A DNA stretch of 64,000 nt, taken from assembly GCA_001600815.1 (NCBI GenBank), contig BCKZ01000025.1, positions 124,001 through 188,000 on the forward strand. The letters run 5' to 3'. Positions 35,469-45,954 of this stretch are shown here, in pieces. Within the stretch, counting starts at the first letter, position 1, and each line of letters starts with the position of its first letter. Both the position numbers and the translations under genes were made by a program. The stretch is from Alloascoidea hylecoeti (taxonomy: Eukaryota). Under the pieces are notes generated by a model. It ran no database searches. It was not told where the DNA came from and was given only the letters and a program-made list of their open reading frames with translations.

Positions 35469-36428
35469 TCAGATGTTTCTACAATTTGGCCAAGAACGCA
35501 TATGAGCACACATACGCGCATATCTAATATTATCTGCACTCATTAACAAATCTCTATAACTCTTAATAATCTGAAAATATTGTTTGATTGTTGACTTATA
35601 TTTCCTCATATTATACCGTTGATCAAATAACTCATCAATTTTCTCTGGCGTCAAACCCGCATGCGAATAAGTGTAATTATTTATGAAATATAAACAATTG
35701 CAAATGTGTATAATCTGTCGACTCGTTGATACATAATTAACATCTCTAATTACTCTTGAAGTATTATTAAACATAAGACAACATATAAGACTTAAAGATA
35801 TTATCATAGCTTTCCTAGTATATAGAGATGGATATTCCATTCTTGAAATTTTAAATATAATTGGTANCAGGTATGCTATGAGAGAACGTTCGAGGAGTAG
35901 ATTCTTCAGGTCACGATGTCTTGCTATACATATCAATAGTTCTAAAACCCAATGAAGTTTAGTAGCATCCTCAGTTGGATAATCTTTTAACTTCAAATTT
36001 TTGTCATTCATTAAGTCAGCAGCGGAACTGATTTCATTAAAAAGAATAGAAACTACATTAGATGAGTGCCATAAAAGTACTGCTAAATGAGCCAGACCTT
36101 TCCCAGAATCTGAATAACTTTTTCTTATCTTGTGTAGTTCTCTGAAGTGTTCCTTTGTAAGGCTAGAGGTAGTTGCAATCGGAATCGTATCATTTGTAAT
36201 ATTTAATCTTTTTGCACTGAATAGTTGAAGGTCCAGTATTGCATAATAAATATGTGAATGTCTCATAATCTGTATAAGAAATTCACAGTGTTCGACGGTG
36301 ACATTTTCTATTTCGTAGATAATTGGGAGCTCTCTTGTTTCTTGTATTTGTTTAATTTCTCTCTTAAGCTTTTTTAGATATGGAGCTACTATTAGTGGGT
36401 TTGTTATATGGTCGTAATTATTATTCAT
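35469..36428 (-). CDS. Highly divergent Rcd1/Caf40 (CNOT9)-like ARM-repeat protein
   Basis: RELHKIRKSY..LAVLLWHSSNVVSILFNEISS..VLELLICIARHRD..YLXPI..ISLSLICCLM parallels the recalled Caf40 pattern ELSKKRE..LA..LWHS.G....LLQEI..LALLQCVASHPE..YLYPFL..TSLGVIGALV. Confidence 0.65.
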   Translation of the reverse strand: MNNNYDHITNPLIVAPYLKKLKREIKQIQETRELPIIYEIENVTVEHCEFLIQIMRHSHIYYAILDLQLFSAKRLNITNDTIPIATTSSLTKEHFRELHKIRKSYSDSGKGLAHLAVLLWHSSNVVSILFNEISSAADLMNDKNLKLKDYPTEDATKLHWVLELLICIARHRDLKNLLLERSLIAYLXPIIFKISRMEYPSLYTRKAMIISLSLICCLMFNNTSRVIRDVNYVSTSRQIIHICNCLYFINNYTYSHAGLTPEKIDELFDQRYNMRKYKSTIKQYFQIIKSYRDLLMSADNIRYARMCAHMRSWPNCRNI

Positions 36429-37139
36429 GTTTTGTTCGTAGTGTATACATCAATATTTTAATTAGTAATAAGTCTGTAAATGTTACTATATTTCAATATT
36501 AATATAAAGGATGAGAGTAATTAAGAAACAGCTGTGGGAAAACTCATCTTTTATTTATATACGATATAGAAAATATGGCGCCCATAAAAATTTTAGCGAT
36601 TACAAAATAAGTAACTACAACATTTATAAGTGTTGCTATACAAATCGAGATGATATTTCCTATTTTTTTATATATTAATAATTATGTTAGTACCCACTTT
36701 TTCTGCAGTTTATGTTTTAGCCTGATTGGGAAAGGCAGTCTCCACATATTTAATTAATATAATATGCATGATCGTATGTAACCTTTCGAAATAGGTATCT
36801 ATACCATTTGCAAGTGCAGACATTTATAATGCCAGTGCTTGCAAATGGTACGTATACCGCAATTTAGCGGATCAAAATGACTGCAATTGAATGGGATGCG
36901 ATTTCATTTCTGTAATAATCAAGACTGAATATTGACTACACAAGAAATGAATTGAATATATAAAATAAGATAATAAAATAATGAAATAATAGAATAATCT
37001 GCCAATAATTAATTAATTGACCACCTATTTAATTACTGGATGAATCTTCTTAAACTTTCAGTAAATCACCCTCTATTTATATCTAAAACTCTACATCACT
37101 TTTGTGGTTATTTTCATACTTATAATATATACTGCGTGC

Positions 37140-37862
37140 CATAGTAACAAATCTCTATAATTCTTAATAGTCTAAAAATATTGTTTAATCGTTGACTTAT
37201 ATTTCCTCATATTATACCGTTGATCAAATAACTCATCAATTTTCTCTGGCGTCAAACCCGCATGCGAATAAGTGTAATTATTTATGAAATATAAACAATT
37301 GCAAATGTGTATAATCTGTCGACTCGTTGATACATAATTAACATCTCTAATTACTCTTGAAGTATTATTAAACATAAGACAACATATAAGACTTAAAGAT
37401 ATTATCATAGCTTTCCTAGTATATAGAGATGGATATTCCATTCTTGAAATTTTAAATATAATTGGTANCAGGTATGCTATGAGAGAACGTTCGAGGAGTA
37501 GATTCTTCAGGTCACGATGTCTTGCTATACATATCAATAGTTCTAAAACCCAATGAAGTTTAGTAGCATCCTCAGTTGGATAATCTTTTAACTTCAAATT
37601 TTTGTCATTCATTAAGTCAGCAGCGGAACTGATTTCATTAAAAAGAATAGAAACTACATTAGATGAGTGCCATAAAAGTACTGCTAAATGAGCCAGACCT
37701 TTCCCAGAATCTGAATAACTTTTTCTTATCTTGTGTAGTTCTCTGAAGTGTTCCTTTGTAAGGCTAGAGGTAGTTGCAATCGGAATCGTATCATTTGTAA
37801 TATTTAATCTTTTTGCACTGAATAGTTGGAGGTCCAGTATTGCATAATAAATATGTGAATGT
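37140..37862 (-). pseudogene. 5'-truncated tandem copy of the Caf40-like gene with a premature stop
   Basis: Near-identical to about 35540-36261 (offset 1601) and shares the N base; lacks the first roughly 55 codons; TAG at 37172. Confidence 0.85.
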
Positions 37863-38619
37863 TAGTCTATCTCAATATCAATAAATGATATGAATCATTA
37901 AAACGGTGAGGAAACTCTTCTTTTAAATAGTAGAAACATTTTAACGTTAAAATTATACGCAGTGTTACCATGCACCTTTCGAAATAAGTAATAATAGCTG
38001 CAGGCTGCGTGTGGTAAAATTTCCTGTGTCACGGCGTATACTTTATAAATGATGGATTACCTTACGGCCGCAAATGACAATATAATTATAGCTAATAAAG
38101 CTTATATAGCTTTAAATCTTTGAAGAAGACCATTTCATAATTGTGTTGGTCATGGAGCTTGGCTAAAAAAAAGCTGTAACCGATCTCAAATCGAATCTTT
38201 TTTACAAGGTGAATTTAATTTGTAGTCATATCAAATACTGGCCAAGAAGCACATATACAATTGTTTCTTTTTATGATTAAGTTGGCTACATTTGCTTGTA
38301 TCCAGAAGTTTGTTCCTTATTGGTGTCATATATTTTTGCTCCCGTATACCCCCATCATTATTTAATCTTTTTATAAGAAATATACTTGTGGATTATTGTA
38401 TTGCCCAATCAATCCTGAATTCAGTTTGTGGCAATTTAAATTTCAGGAAGATCAGCAATAGCGTTTACCTTGCCTCTTATTAGGACCCTCAACATCATAA
38501 TTTAGAGAAATTTCTTCCTGCTACTTCATCAATCAACATTCTTCTTGTGATTATTGTTACTCTGAGTCCGGGAGTCTATGGCTTAACTGATAATGTAGAT
38601 ATACGTATAGGCCATGTGG

Positions 38620-39705
38620 TTTCAGTTGCAGAAGGTATAGCTAAATATCTAAATCTAGGGCTATAGGCCTATATTAAGTATTAAGTAAATACATGAAGCT
38701 CAAATCATTTTTAAACTGGTGAAGATCTGATACTAAAAGAAACGGCTGGGTATGTGGTAAGCCGGAAACACCAGCTTCGATTCCTAATGTTTCTAGTATT
38801 CCTCTTATAACACCACTTGGGAACCACAAATACTAAAAAAATTAATTGTTAATTGAATTTCAGAAAAAGACATTTACAAGATAATATTTCATACTGGTTT
38901 GATTTTTCGTATTGTATCACTTAATCCTTGCTGACTCTCAAATTTAGAAATCATTTTAAAATTGTTATCTATCAGGACATAAGTCCCCTAAGTTCATCAA
39001 TAATTGTTAGGATATTCACATCAAAATAATCATAATACATTAGTAGCACATATGTAAATTATCCATTTGTTTGCCATAGCACCTTCCAAACATCTCGACA
39101 GATAAATTTCATGATCTCCAAAGGTTCAACGAATTTATCACCATCCTGGGATAACAACTCTCCTATCCTAAGTCCCATATTATAACCATATAATTCCATT
39201 CTGTACACCACATCGTCCATTGTGATGATAATGGGGAGCTCATGGTGTGATAAACGCTGAATAGGTGTACTCAAAATTTATAAAATTAAACAAACCTCCA
39301 ATTTTATAATTTTTCTATTTATTTCAAAAATAAGCGTGGTGTATTATTGACATACTCAATGCAAGCTCCTCCAGAATTGGTTTAGTGTATTAATGAATAA
39401 TACTTTTTTTTTTGCTCTGTGATTATATTCTTTCTACCAAAATTTCTATCATCATGATTACCAAGAACAACAGCAAACAGGATCTATCTTTCAATATAAG
39501 GAGTTAAGGATTGGTAAAATGCTGTTTTAACATCAGGATCCATTGGGTCTTGTTCTTTATTTCCTGTAGATGCAACAAGAGGTTGTTGAATATCAACAAG
39601 TATAGGACTCTCGAACTTTTAGGATTTGGAACACTCATATAAGTAAGTAGCCAAACGTTCAGCATTTAAAAATGTTTTGATAAGACTCCAGCCAAATATG
39701 GGATC
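38620..39705 (-). pseudogene. Inverted, decayed duplicate of the TRS33 locus including introns and promoter
   Basis: Reverse complement of about 19110-20330 with internal deletions, a frameshift (VLWQTNG*) and a damaged first donor junction. Confidence 0.92.
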
Positions 39706-40082
39706 ATTTACGCTATAAGATCTATAAGTCTTATGGTAATGGTATACCGTACGTATGGGGTGAGATTTGAAACGGAGGTCATACTTTACTGTATAGAATA
39801 GCTGAAAACACCTAAATGGGCTCTATAACTAGCGCTAATTGGAATTCGTGTTCGAGGACGAGTCGATGAGATGGATGTGGTATGATTCAATTTATATTTG
39901 AAAAAAGTTTCCAGACTCTAGCATGTAAGCTAGTTAAGCTTCATTTAATTTGAAAGTTTCCATTAATTAATCAACGTTACTAATACTCGTTTTTAAATTA
40001 AAAATTAGTTACCGGTATCAAAAACCGGATTAAAATGACGTGGAATAATACAGCATAAGAATATTTATCAGTATTAATGCTT

Positions 40083-40160
40083 GGTTATATTCTACTTAAG
40101 CTCGGCCAATTATTCTACTAAATATTCGGTCATTCTGATAATTTAAAAATGGAATAACTT
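40083..40160 (+). repeat. Short copy of the GGCC-unit MITE-like family
   Basis: CTACTTAAGCTCGGCCAATTATTCTACTAAATATTCGGTCA; the second unit matches 15920-15934 at 14 of 15 bases. Confidence 0.55.
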
Positions 40161-41664
40161 TACTATTATGGGAATGGTAATAAAGTGAATGAAAAGTAGT
40201 TTCAAAAGAAGAAACCGGTACTTCCTAATTTGTAAAAAGTTTGCATGTAATTAGCGAGGGACCGACCGGGCTTTTTCATGTACATGGATCCCTGCATAAG
40301 CTTCTCCAGATAGTCGTATTTCAGTAGCAGAAGATGATATTCTAAATTTATGACCTGATACAATTAAGCATATAAGAATATTCTATTCATAATTTTAAAC
40401 ACATATATAAAAAAGCATATAAGTAATAATCAATCATAAATTCAAAGCAATTCAATTCATATTGTAAATTCTTTTCTTTCTTTTTTGACACTTTTTGAAT
40501 ATTCATGATATCTTCTCTTCTTCTTCTATAGATAATAACAACCTTCTAACTAAATCAAGAAATATATTTTTAAATAAACGATCGGAAAATGAAAATGTCA
40601 AACGAAACAAGGATAATACTTTGCAAAAAATTAAGTAATAAATAAATGTGTATTGTATTTCACATTTAAACAAACAAGTAAACAAACAAAAAAATAAATA
40701 AATAAATAAAAAAGGAAATATAAAAAGATAATTTATTCATAATTCCCCAACAAAACAGTTTAATTTTGCAACAATAAGATTTAAAAACCATAGGATTACT
40801 ATTAGGATATATTAATTAATCAAAAAAAAAAAAGAAAAAAAAAGTAAAAAAAAAGTAAATAAAAAAGAGATTTCCCCACAATTATCGAGTAACAATCAAT
40901 ATGTAATCAACAATATTAAATAATAATAAACTAACATGATGACCATACGCATGATCACCAAATTAATTTCTATTTTTATTATTATTTATCTTTGAGAGTA
41001 GAGTGTTTATAAGTATCAAATTAAATTAAATGATTGATTAAAAAATCCAAAAAAATTTAAATAATTCATTCATCCATCATTTTCAACTAATGTTATAAAT
41101 TTAAAATTTGCAAATCGTTAATAAATAGTAAATGTATCCATATTTCATAAATAGGTATAAATAGGTATAAAGTGTGTGTAAATGTGTTAATAGTAGATTA
41201 ATATAATCGTATAAGTTTTATACCAATCAGATATATATTTATAATTAGTATCTGTCTTTTTTCCCCTGTTATTTTATTTATATTGTATTATATTTTATGT
41301 TCATGTTTTGTTTTATGTTTTCATGTGCATGTTAATCTTTTAAAATCGTTTTTGGTGGTTTTTTCCTTCTATATTCTTAATCACCAAATTAAATTCAAAC
41401 CAAATATTAATAAAATCTTTCATAAATCGAGAAAGTAAATAAAAAAACTCAAAAAAAATATAAATAAATAAAAATAAAAAAAACAAAAAAAATAAAAAAA
41501 AATAGTTTTTATTTTAAACTCTTCATCTCTAAAACAAAACATACAATGGAGATAAAAAAAAAAGTAATTAACTGTATAGTATCAATCAATCAACAATCAA
41601 AAAAACAAAAGTACTAAAGAAATTTTTTTATCTTTTCTTTTTCTTTCATAAATATAAGTGTAAA

Positions 41665-43473
41665 TTAAAACCCAAAAGAGTATCGCCCTACCCCTTGCAT
41701 TTGTCCACTGCCCTGTCTATTGCCATTTTGTTGAAAATGTTGTAATGATAGATCATTACTTGAAAATGACAATGAAGCAAGATGATTTGAATTTAAATTA
41801 GAAGTTGGAATTGAATTTGGATTGGAAATTTGATTTGATAAATTATAAGGAGACATTGATGATGATGAATTATTATATTGATAGTCATTTGTAGGTAAAT
41901 AATATTGTTGATTATTATAATCAAGATTTGGAGCAGAAAAATTATTTAATGAAAATTTAGTAAATGATGAGTTTATATCTGTACAAGTATTATTAATATT
42001 CTCAGTTGATGGAATTGAATGAGATGAAGGAGATTGACGTTGATTATTATTATTATTACTATTATTATTATTATTATTATTATTATGATTATGATTATAA
42101 GTTGGAGATTGAGTTTGAGGTTGAGATTGAGATATTGATTGAGATATTGATTGATGTTGTTGTTGTTGTGATTTCATTAATTTTGACTCATGTGAATTTC
42201 GAATTGATTCAATAACATCATTTAAAAACAAATTATTGAAACCAATATTTGAAATAATACACATCCAAATTCTTGTTTTATAAATTCGAAATAAATCTTT
42301 AACCAAATGTCTAAAATCAATTCTTTGATTATTATTTGAATAATAAAAAAAAGTTAACTTTCTTCTATCCCATTGATATTCAGAATTTAAAATTAACATT
42401 GATGATAATTGATTTTCAGAAATTTTTAAATTACAGACTTGTAATGCTTGTTCTTCATCAGCTTTTTTACCGAATAATTGTAAAACTTCATTTGGTTGGG
42501 CAAATCTTAAAATCTGCTTTGGTACTAAAACAGATGGTGGTGATGATGAATTATTAATACCTTGTTGTAAAGCAGATTGCTGTTCTTGATGTTGTTTTAA
42601 TTTCAAAATTCTTGCTTCATCGATTGAAACATTATCTTTTATAACCTTACCCATATCTTGACCCCTATCAGCATCAACAATAACGATATCACCTTTTGTT
42701 ACATACATGTTCGAAGTTGAAGATAAATAAAAAACATCTAAACGTCCAGCTTTAAAAGCAATTAAATATAAGGAATGACAAGGTACAGATAATTGCATTG
42801 TACTTAACCAAGATAATTGATATGGATTTAAATTTGAAGATAATTCATCAATCGTTTTAGCTTCCAAATTACCCCTCTCACTTTCAAAATAAAAAGATAA
42901 TTTGCTGTAAACAGATTTATGAACAGGGCCAGTTAATATAGTAGAACCTTGTATAATCAAACCATTTTCTAAAGATAGTGGAGGCAATTGGGGATCTTGT
43001 ATTGAAGACACTTGAGGAGTTGCTATTGAATGACGTCTAGATTCTGAAGGTTGTAAATAAGAAGACAACTTTGGATTCCAGAAAGGAGTACTATTAGTAT
43101 TTTTGTTATTCCATAGATTTCGATTTAATTGACGAGACTGGTTCCATTGTTCGAATAAATCGGCCAACTGTTCGTGTTCGGGTTCCTGAGTAACATCCTG
43201 GGTTTCTTGTGGGTGTATTCTGGAAAACTCCGCAGCGAACGACGGACGCCTGGACGAAACCGCGGAAACCCCGCCACGAAGGGACGGTGGGAGGATGGGG
43301 TCGCATGGGGTGGGGTCACGTGCACAACCCTCTTCCCCGGACAAAGGCACGGACAGCGACGGGTCGGAAAACGAGAGGGAGTCGATTGAGAGAGATCCGG
43401 AGAGGGAGCCGGACACGGGCGAAGACGTCGAATTACTCGAACTGTTCGACTGGTCGGATAATCTTGAAGACAT
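41665..43473 (-). CDS. PSP1: PSP1 C-terminal-domain protein with an N/Q-rich tail
   Basis: SRRPSFAAE, FKAGRLDVFY, GDIVIVDADRGQDMG, EYQWDRRKLTFFY and RIDFRHLVKDLFRIYKTRIWMC motifs. Confidence 0.85.
   Translation of the reverse strand: MSSRLSDQSNSSSNSTSSPVSGSLSGSLSIDSLSFSDPSLSVPLSGEEGCARDPTPCDPILPPSLRGGVSAVSSRRPSFAAEFSRIHPQETQDVTQEPEHEQLADLFEQWNQSRQLNRNLWNNKNTNSTPFWNPKLSSYLQPSESRRHSIATPQVSSIQDPQLPPLSLENGLIIQGSTILTGPVHKSVYSKLSFYFESERGNLEAKTIDELSSNLNPYQLSWLSTMQLSVPCHSLYLIAFKAGRLDVFYLSSTSNMYVTKGDIVIVDADRGQDMGKVIKDNVSIDEARILKLKQHQEQQSALQQGINNSSSPPSVLVPKQILRFAQPNEVLQLFGKKADEEQALQVCNLKISENQLSSMLILNSEYQWDRRKLTFFYYSNNNQRIDFRHLVKDLFRIYKTRIWMCIISNIGFNNLFLNDVIESIRNSHESKLMKSQQQQHQSISQSISQSQPQTQSPTYNHNHNNNNNNNNSNNNNNQRQSPSSHSIPSTENINNTCTDINSSFTKFSLNNFSAPNLDYNNQQYYLPTNDYQYNNSSSSMSPYNLSNQISNPNSIPTSNLNSNHLASLSFSSNDLSLQHFQQNGNRQGSGQMQGVGRYSFGF
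42043..42098. repeat. (AAT)n microsatellite encoding poly-Asn in PSP1
   Basis: Seen directly. Confidence 0.9.
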
Positions 43474-43803
43474 TTATTTATTCAGGTGGAGAATAAAAAG
43501 GAGGGAAAATTCAAGGAATTTGCTGAATTTATATGAATAATGTAGGTTGTCTGCCTTAAAGACCCGGGTTGGCACCCCGGTCTCTCAAGATATCGGCTGA
43601 TCTGCGTCGGACTCCTACCAAAATAATATCTAAAATAATATGTGGGGTCCGGCAAACCGTCGCCCGGTCGTCCCCACACTTCACACCGGGTCCTTTTGTC
43701 GCACGTGATCTGAGAGTCACATGACATGAAACTCCGGGTAACACAATCACTCTCTGTGGCCAAGTTGCCTTTTTCTTCCATCACGATACATAACCTCCAA
43801 AAA

Positions 43804-44188
43804 ATGTCTGCCGAAGGATCTGCCGGATTGGATGATGTCAAGCCAAAACCTGATGCCGACCACAAAGTCGACACCCATATCAACATCAAAGTCACCGATG
43901 GTTCAAATGAAGTGTTTTTCAAAATCAAACGAACAACCCCACTGAAGAAATTGATTGATACTTTTTGTGATAGACAGGGGAAAGTTAAGAAATCTTTAAG
44001 ATTTTTATATGATGGCGAAAGAATCCAAGATACTGATACTCCTGATCATCTTGATATGCAGGATGGTGATACAATTGAAGCTCATCAGGAACAGGTAAGT
44101 TATTAATTAATTACTTTTTTATTTTTCTCAGGTGGCTTTTTTACTAATTACATTTATTTTTCTTACTTGATAGTTTGGTGGCTTCTAA
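43804..44188 (+). CDS. SMT3: SUMO; exons 43804-44094, 44174-44188
   Basis: [42 protein letters not shown]; intron GTAAGT..TACTAAT..TAG. Confidence 0.95.
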
Positions 44189-44513
44189 TTATTTGTCGAT
44201 TTTACGCGTCTTTCAGTGTTGCTCGCTACACTTTTAATTTTATTTTAAATTTAATCCTTGAAATTTAAATTTTGAAATTTTTTTGAAAATTACAATGTAT
44301 AGTTGTTAATGATGAAAAGAAAAGGATAAATTAATGAATCAAAAAGATACTTATTATTGTCATTGTGTATTATTATTATATTTTTTTGCTCTTATAAAAC
44401 ATAGCTAATGATTCGTAGCAATATACATCTAGATCAAGATTCTACGTTAATGTTAAGATTAAGATTCCCAATGTATTGAAAAGTTATATAAATTAATTTA
44501 TTATCTTATTTAA

Positions 44514-45563
44514 TTAATCTTCATCTTCATCATCAGAATCATTAACTTCTGCTTCCTTCTTTTCTATGAATGCTGCTAATTCTGCATCATCAGATTCAGT
44601 AACAGCTCTTGGTGCCATAATAACTGAACAAGTTCCAGAAGCTGCTTGAATTTCCTCACTTATAACATCAATTGCTTTTTGTAATAATTCAAGTCCTTGA
44701 TTTTTATCTATACATTGAGATGTAACAACATATAATGGAGCTGCAACCAATCGTACTTTAATTGGTACATGTTCAGTTGAAAGAGATTCAGCTTTCTTTA
44801 AGACTTTCTTAACTGCATCAATACCTTCATAACCAAAACAAGTAACTTCAACATCTGCTCTAACTTTAGTTGGTTGTGGAGTTAAACGACGTGAAATATA
44901 AGCTAATAAATCATCCAAAATTTCTTTTGATGGTGGAATAATATCTTTAAAAACAATTTCTGGATTTGTAATTGCTAATTTAAAAGCATCCTGTGTATGT
45001 CCATATTTTTTGCTTAATGGCCAACCAATTGTTTTATATAATTCTTCTAATGGAATATTATGTTTTTCTGCAACATGTCTTAAAATTGAATGAACTGATT
45101 TTGATTTATTATATTTTTCCTCACATTTTGTAATATCTTCTGCTGAAACTCTTCTTTTTGATAAATCAATATATCCTTTTTCTTTATCAACTCTTAAGAC
45201 AACAACTACTTCATTTCTACCAACTCTTACTAATTTTTGAATACTTCGAATACGTCGACGAGAAAGTTCACTAAGAAGAATCATTCCTTCAATATTATCA
45301 TATTCCAACAATTTGACTATTTCAAAAAAAGTCAGTTAGTTAAATCAATCATATTTAATCATAAATTTATTGTTTTAAACCATACCGTATGCTCCCATAT
45401 CAGCAATCTATAATTTATAAATCATAAGGTTAATTATTCATCCCTAAAAATATTGATCTACACTTTTCAATAATGATAATCATACCTGCTGAACGTTAAC
45501 CATAACTAAATCCTCAATTTCGGGATATTTATTTTCATAAAATCTACAGTTTGTTGTACTCAT
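44514..45563 (-). CDS. SUI2: Translation initiation factor eIF2 alpha; exons 45563-45486, 45407-45386, 45316-44514
   Basis: MSTTNCRFYENKYPEIEDLVMVNVQQ|IADMGAY|VKLLEYDNIEGMILLSELSRRRIRS, including the phosphoacceptor Ser. Confidence 0.96.
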
Positions 45564-45779
45564 CTTTTCTTAAAACAATAATCAATCAATTGTATAATTT
45601 GAATGACTCAAAAAATTTATGAAAAACTGTAACGTAATGCGTAGGCGTATATTTCAGAACGACACATAGTGTAAGTGGGTATATTTCAGAATTGTGGAAC
45701 ATTAAAGAAGTGAAGATGTTTTAAACTCCCGTACGACACAAGCAGATTGGCAAACACCTTCCAATAAGGTTCACTACCA

Positions 45780-45954
45780 TTTTCAATATTCAATAATAAT
45801 TCTTTTATTTCACTTGATTTGTTGATAAGCTTAATCTTTCTTATTGTTTATCAACTTTATAGTAACAGACCACACAAAGTTGATAAACAATAAGAAAGAT
45901 TAAGCTTATCAACAAATCAAGTGAAATAAAAGAATTATTATTGAATATTGAAAA
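45780..45954. repeat. Perfect 79-bp inverted repeat with a 17-nt spacer
   Basis: Arms 45780-45858 and 45876-45954 are exact reverse complements. Confidence 0.95.

Noticed and set aside
34824..36540. GTGGGAA motifs as CSL-type binding sites
   Set aside because: Few scattered hits consistent with chance; CSL factors are not expected in Saccharomycotina.
42006..42215. Poly-Tyr ORF on the + strand
   Set aside because: Antisense shadow of the (AAT)n poly-Asn tract of PSP1.
43106..43928. Many overlapping ORFs in several frames
   Set aside because: Explained by the stop-poor GC-rich island over PSP1 and SMT3.
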